A stretch of DNA of 24,725 nucleotides, taken from positions 1-24,725 of IMG/VR virus record IMGVR_UViG_3300009285_003054. One strand, 5' to 3'. This document shows, one piece after another, positions 23,749 to 24,725 of this stretch. The first letter of the stretch is position 1, and every line of letters starts with the position of its first letter. The stretch is from a virus. Position numbers and translations under genes: made by a program. The notes below the pieces were generated by a model. It was not told the DNA's origin. It saw only the letters and a program-made list of their open reading frames with translations, and ran no database searches.

Positions 23749-24714
23749 CTATCTGGTCACATCGCCACTCCACCGAAGCCCTGGGATAGGGATTGTTCGA
23801 TCAGTGAATGCTTCTTTGTACTTATCCACAGATGCGTCCCAATTTGCTGCGATATCAACCACTCCTACTGGTGGGTATTCCATTGAGAATGCGCAGTCTA
23901 CAAACCGAATGAAAAGGTTAGGGACAATAGACAACCCCCGCAGGTCTGGTCTTTGTTTTGACATAACCAGCTCCAGGTTGGCTGCCATTTCCCGTGTGCT
24001 ATTTGTTTGGTAGCATTTTGGCATTGGCATTAATGTACCTCCAGCAAAACCAACTACCTCGCCACTAGGGAGTTTAGCGGTAACTGCTATCCCATAGCCA
24101 GCTCGAAGACATGGCAACAGCTGTGTCCCCAGATATATCTCGAAATCTGCTAGTGCTTGTGCTCTACAGAGTGTGGGACATTGGTAGAGTACCGGGAAGT
24201 CTACTGCTCTCTCAGGTGCCAAACCCATGAGTTCTTGGTATACCCGAGCATTCTCGGGTTCCCACCGATCCAAGAAATCGGGGAGTACTTCATGAGCATA
24301 TCCGGATGCGTTGGTGTAGTACGAAGTGTCATGTGTGGAAATATGCCCCGGCACATTTGAGTAGTATCCTACTTTTTTAGATTTCTCCCCATACACATGG
24401 GAAATATAGTCGAATCCCCGACTTTTAAGGGTGGTGCGTACCCAACTTTCTGTGTCTAACGGTCGATCGATCACGTGGGTTTTCCATCCATCTGAGACAC
24501 GCACCATCCCAAACTCGCTCCAAGGAACGTTCTCTGGAAGAAATCGCTCGAGGAGAAATTCGTTTTCGTATGTAAAAGTGGATACGCATGGTATCGTCTG
24601 AAAGGACGGGGTTCTACCTGCATCTATATCTTCAGACAATCCCACTCTCTCTACATCCTCCTGAATCGGACAAAACCATGTTTTGTCCGATTCATAGATG
24701 TAGAATTTTCGCAT
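23749..24714 (-). CDS. Hypothetical protein with a possible C-terminal GNAT-like fold (DUF2156/FemABX-like)
   Basis: 321-aa ORF with GEVVGFAGG, K.RPDLRGL and a terminal V..YK..F pattern. The function is tentative. Confidence 0.5.
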   Translation of the reverse strand: MRKFYIYESDKTWFCPIQEDVERVGLSEDIDAGRTPSFQTIPCVSTFTYENEFLLERFLPENVPWSEFGMVRVSDGWKTHVIDRPLDTESWVRTTLKSRGFDYISHVYGEKSKKVGYYSNVPGHISTHDTSYYTNASGYAHEVLPDFLDRWEPENARVYQELMGLAPERAVDFPVLYQCPTLCRAQALADFEIYLGTQLLPCLRAGYGIAVTAKLPSGEVVGFAGGTLMPMPKCYQTNSTREMAANLELVMSKQRPDLRGLSIVPNLFIRFVDCAFSMEYPPVGVVDIAANWDASVDKYKEAFTDRTIPIPGLRWSGDVTR

Positions 24715-24725
24715 GCTCTTTCCAC

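Overview
This 24.7-kb window (about 50% GC) looks like part of a large, jumbo-type bacteriophage genome. Genes are densely packed, mostly on the minus strand, with strong Shine-Dalgarno sites and overlapping stop/start codons. From left to right it holds: a DUF6745-like QVxD/N-repeat gene missed by the ORF track and its usual 'RQGD' partner; a 1.8-kb non-coding island (about 1765-3600); a stand-alone DarG C-terminal domain; a replication/recombination block (SbcC, DnaX, SbcD, RecA-like protein, an apparently inactive topoisomerase IA, a possible SSB); a sigma-70-family factor placed head-to-head with a SWIM-type zinc-finger gene; and a modification block (beta-class DNA methyltransferase, RNA ligase, QueD, metallopeptidase, radical SAM/SPASM enzyme, GNAT-like protein). 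The best candidate for a new system is the non-coding island. On the + strand it reproduces, in the correct order, the core helices and conserved motifs of bacterial RNase P RNA (P2, P3, GAGGAAAG, P4, P5, P7, CAA, P15, P18, ACAAACCCGGCUUA). The core spans about 1,200 nt rather than about 400 nt, has an altered P4 bulge, and has flanks that pair back into the insert. All calls come from reading the sequence by eye; no searches or folding programs were run.
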